From an uncultured Lachnospiraceae bacterium (GTDB lineage Bacteria; Bacillota; Clostridia; Lachnospirales; Lachnospiraceae): DNA of 56,476 nt. The notes under the pieces are model-generated. The model worked only from the letters and a program-made list of their open reading frames with translations. It had not been told where the DNA came from and did not search any database. This document shows, one piece after another, positions 55,708 to 56,476 of the stretch (its first letter is position 1; every line of letters begins with the position of its first letter). The position numbers and the translations under genes are program-made. The stretch covers positions 1 through 56,476 of the forward strand of contig CACZRV010000037.1 in the NCBI GenBank assembly GCA_902783725.1, read 5' to 3'.

Positions 55708-56358
55708 ATGGTAAAGAAAGAAACCGTAACACAGAAGATGCTTTGGGAATGCCCGAATTGCGGAGCGCCGAGAGTTGACGAGGAGAAAAACTGCCGGTTC
55801 TGCGGCAGTGCCCTGGTGGCGAAGACGGTTGTCACTGAGGAGATGACGAAGGAGGGCGTGGACCGGCAGTTTATCATCGATAACAGCCATCCGACCATCG
55901 TGTCGGAGCTGAAGCCGGCCTGGCTCAGTGAACCGTCCAGGATTGCGCTGCTGCTTGCCGGCGGGGTTTTTGTCGGATTCGGCCTGTGGCTCGTTTATAA
56001 GACGGTGGCGCAGGGGGCCGGTTTATTGACGGCGGTGGTATTTTCTCTTGCGGCTGCTGCTCTTTTTCTTGCGCTTGCGGTGGTCCCTGTGGTAAAATAC
56101 AGACGCTTTTTGAAATCGGCGCCGGAGTATGAGGCGGCGGTGGTGTCCGTGGACAAACGGCTGGAGCCGGTCGATGGTGAGAGCTTCAGGTCGGAGCCCG
56201 TTGAATTCACCACGATGACGGTTCTGTTTACGTACGAAGGGAAGAAGGTCTTCGGGCTGTTCCGCGTATCCAACAAAATAGGCCGGGGCACGTATGGAAA
56301 AGGCGAAAAAGTAAAAATCAGAGTGAACGACGGCAAGATCGCCCTTTCGGAAGGGTGA
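55708..56358 (+). CDS. Zinc-ribbon membrane protein, paralog 2
   Basis: ECPNCGAPRVDEEKNCRFCG and the same architecture as the preceding gene. GGGGGG SD. Confidence 0.6.
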   Translation: MVKKETVTQKMLWECPNCGAPRVDEEKNCRFCGSALVAKTVVTEEMTKEGVDRQFIIDNSHPTIVSELKPAWLSEPSRIALLLAGGVFVGFGLWLVYKTVAQGAGLLTAVVFSLAAAALFLALAVVPVVKYRRFLKSAPEYEAAVVSVDKRLEPVDGESFRSEPVEFTTMTVLFTYEGKKVFGLFRVSNKIGRGTYGKGEKVKIRVNDGKIALSEG

Positions 56359-56423
56359 CAACGGTGTGTGCCGGAATTTGCTGAAGCCGGGCGCAGGCCC
56401 GAGATTCATTTCGGAGGTAATCA

Positions 56424-56476
56424 ATGGAACCGATTCACAGCATTGACGCGGAGGACGATCCTTTCGCATACCGTTA
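56424..56476 (+). CDS. Start of an unidentified gene (3' partial at window end)
   Basis: ATG 6 nt after GGAGGT; MEPIHSIDAEDDPFAYR… runs open to the window end. Confidence 0.35.
   Translation, partial: MEPIHSIDAEDDPFAYR

Overview
This 56.5 kb window looks like a GC-rich (~60%) Firmicutes/Clostridia-type chromosomal segment; the taxon is inferred only from gene content, T-box use and sigma-A-like promoters. Most genes are on the + strand. Core content:
- a cytoplasmic glycoside-utilisation cluster: GH94 phosphorylase fragment, domain-permuted GH3 beta-glucosidase, signal-less GH10 xylanase, Fe-ADH
- gpmA and eno
- three heterodimeric-type ABC exporter gene pairs or remnants
- a ZIP metal transporter, a CPA2 antiporter and a Na/Pi cotransporter
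- two two-component systems, one wrapped around an ABC-2 module
- a complete trpEGDCFBA operon behind a Trp T-box leader

Three lower-GC accessory patches interrupt this:
1. ~150-3060: a hairpin-dense non-coding stretch, a perfect tandem repeat, and two secreted proteins.
2. ~19300-21070: a short HipA-like kinase plus an overlapping partner with a C-terminal HTH, behind a promoter carrying two palindromic operators.
3. ~32350-37850: a secreted Amidase_6-type cysteine amidase flanked by two paralogous single-pass membrane proteins and followed by a MacB/FtsX-type ABC system.

The best candidates for undescribed biology are patches 2 and 3. Two sequence-level signals also stand out: a GTTAGC-N4-GCTAAC promoter-proximal palindrome/hairpin present four times, and a strongly over-represented word GGAAAATG (often SCGGAAAATG). 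Gene decay is visible in an internally deleted ABC gene and a flavodoxin remnant. No tRNA/rRNA genes, CRISPR arrays, transposases or integrases were recognised. All homology statements come from reading motifs by eye, not from database searches.
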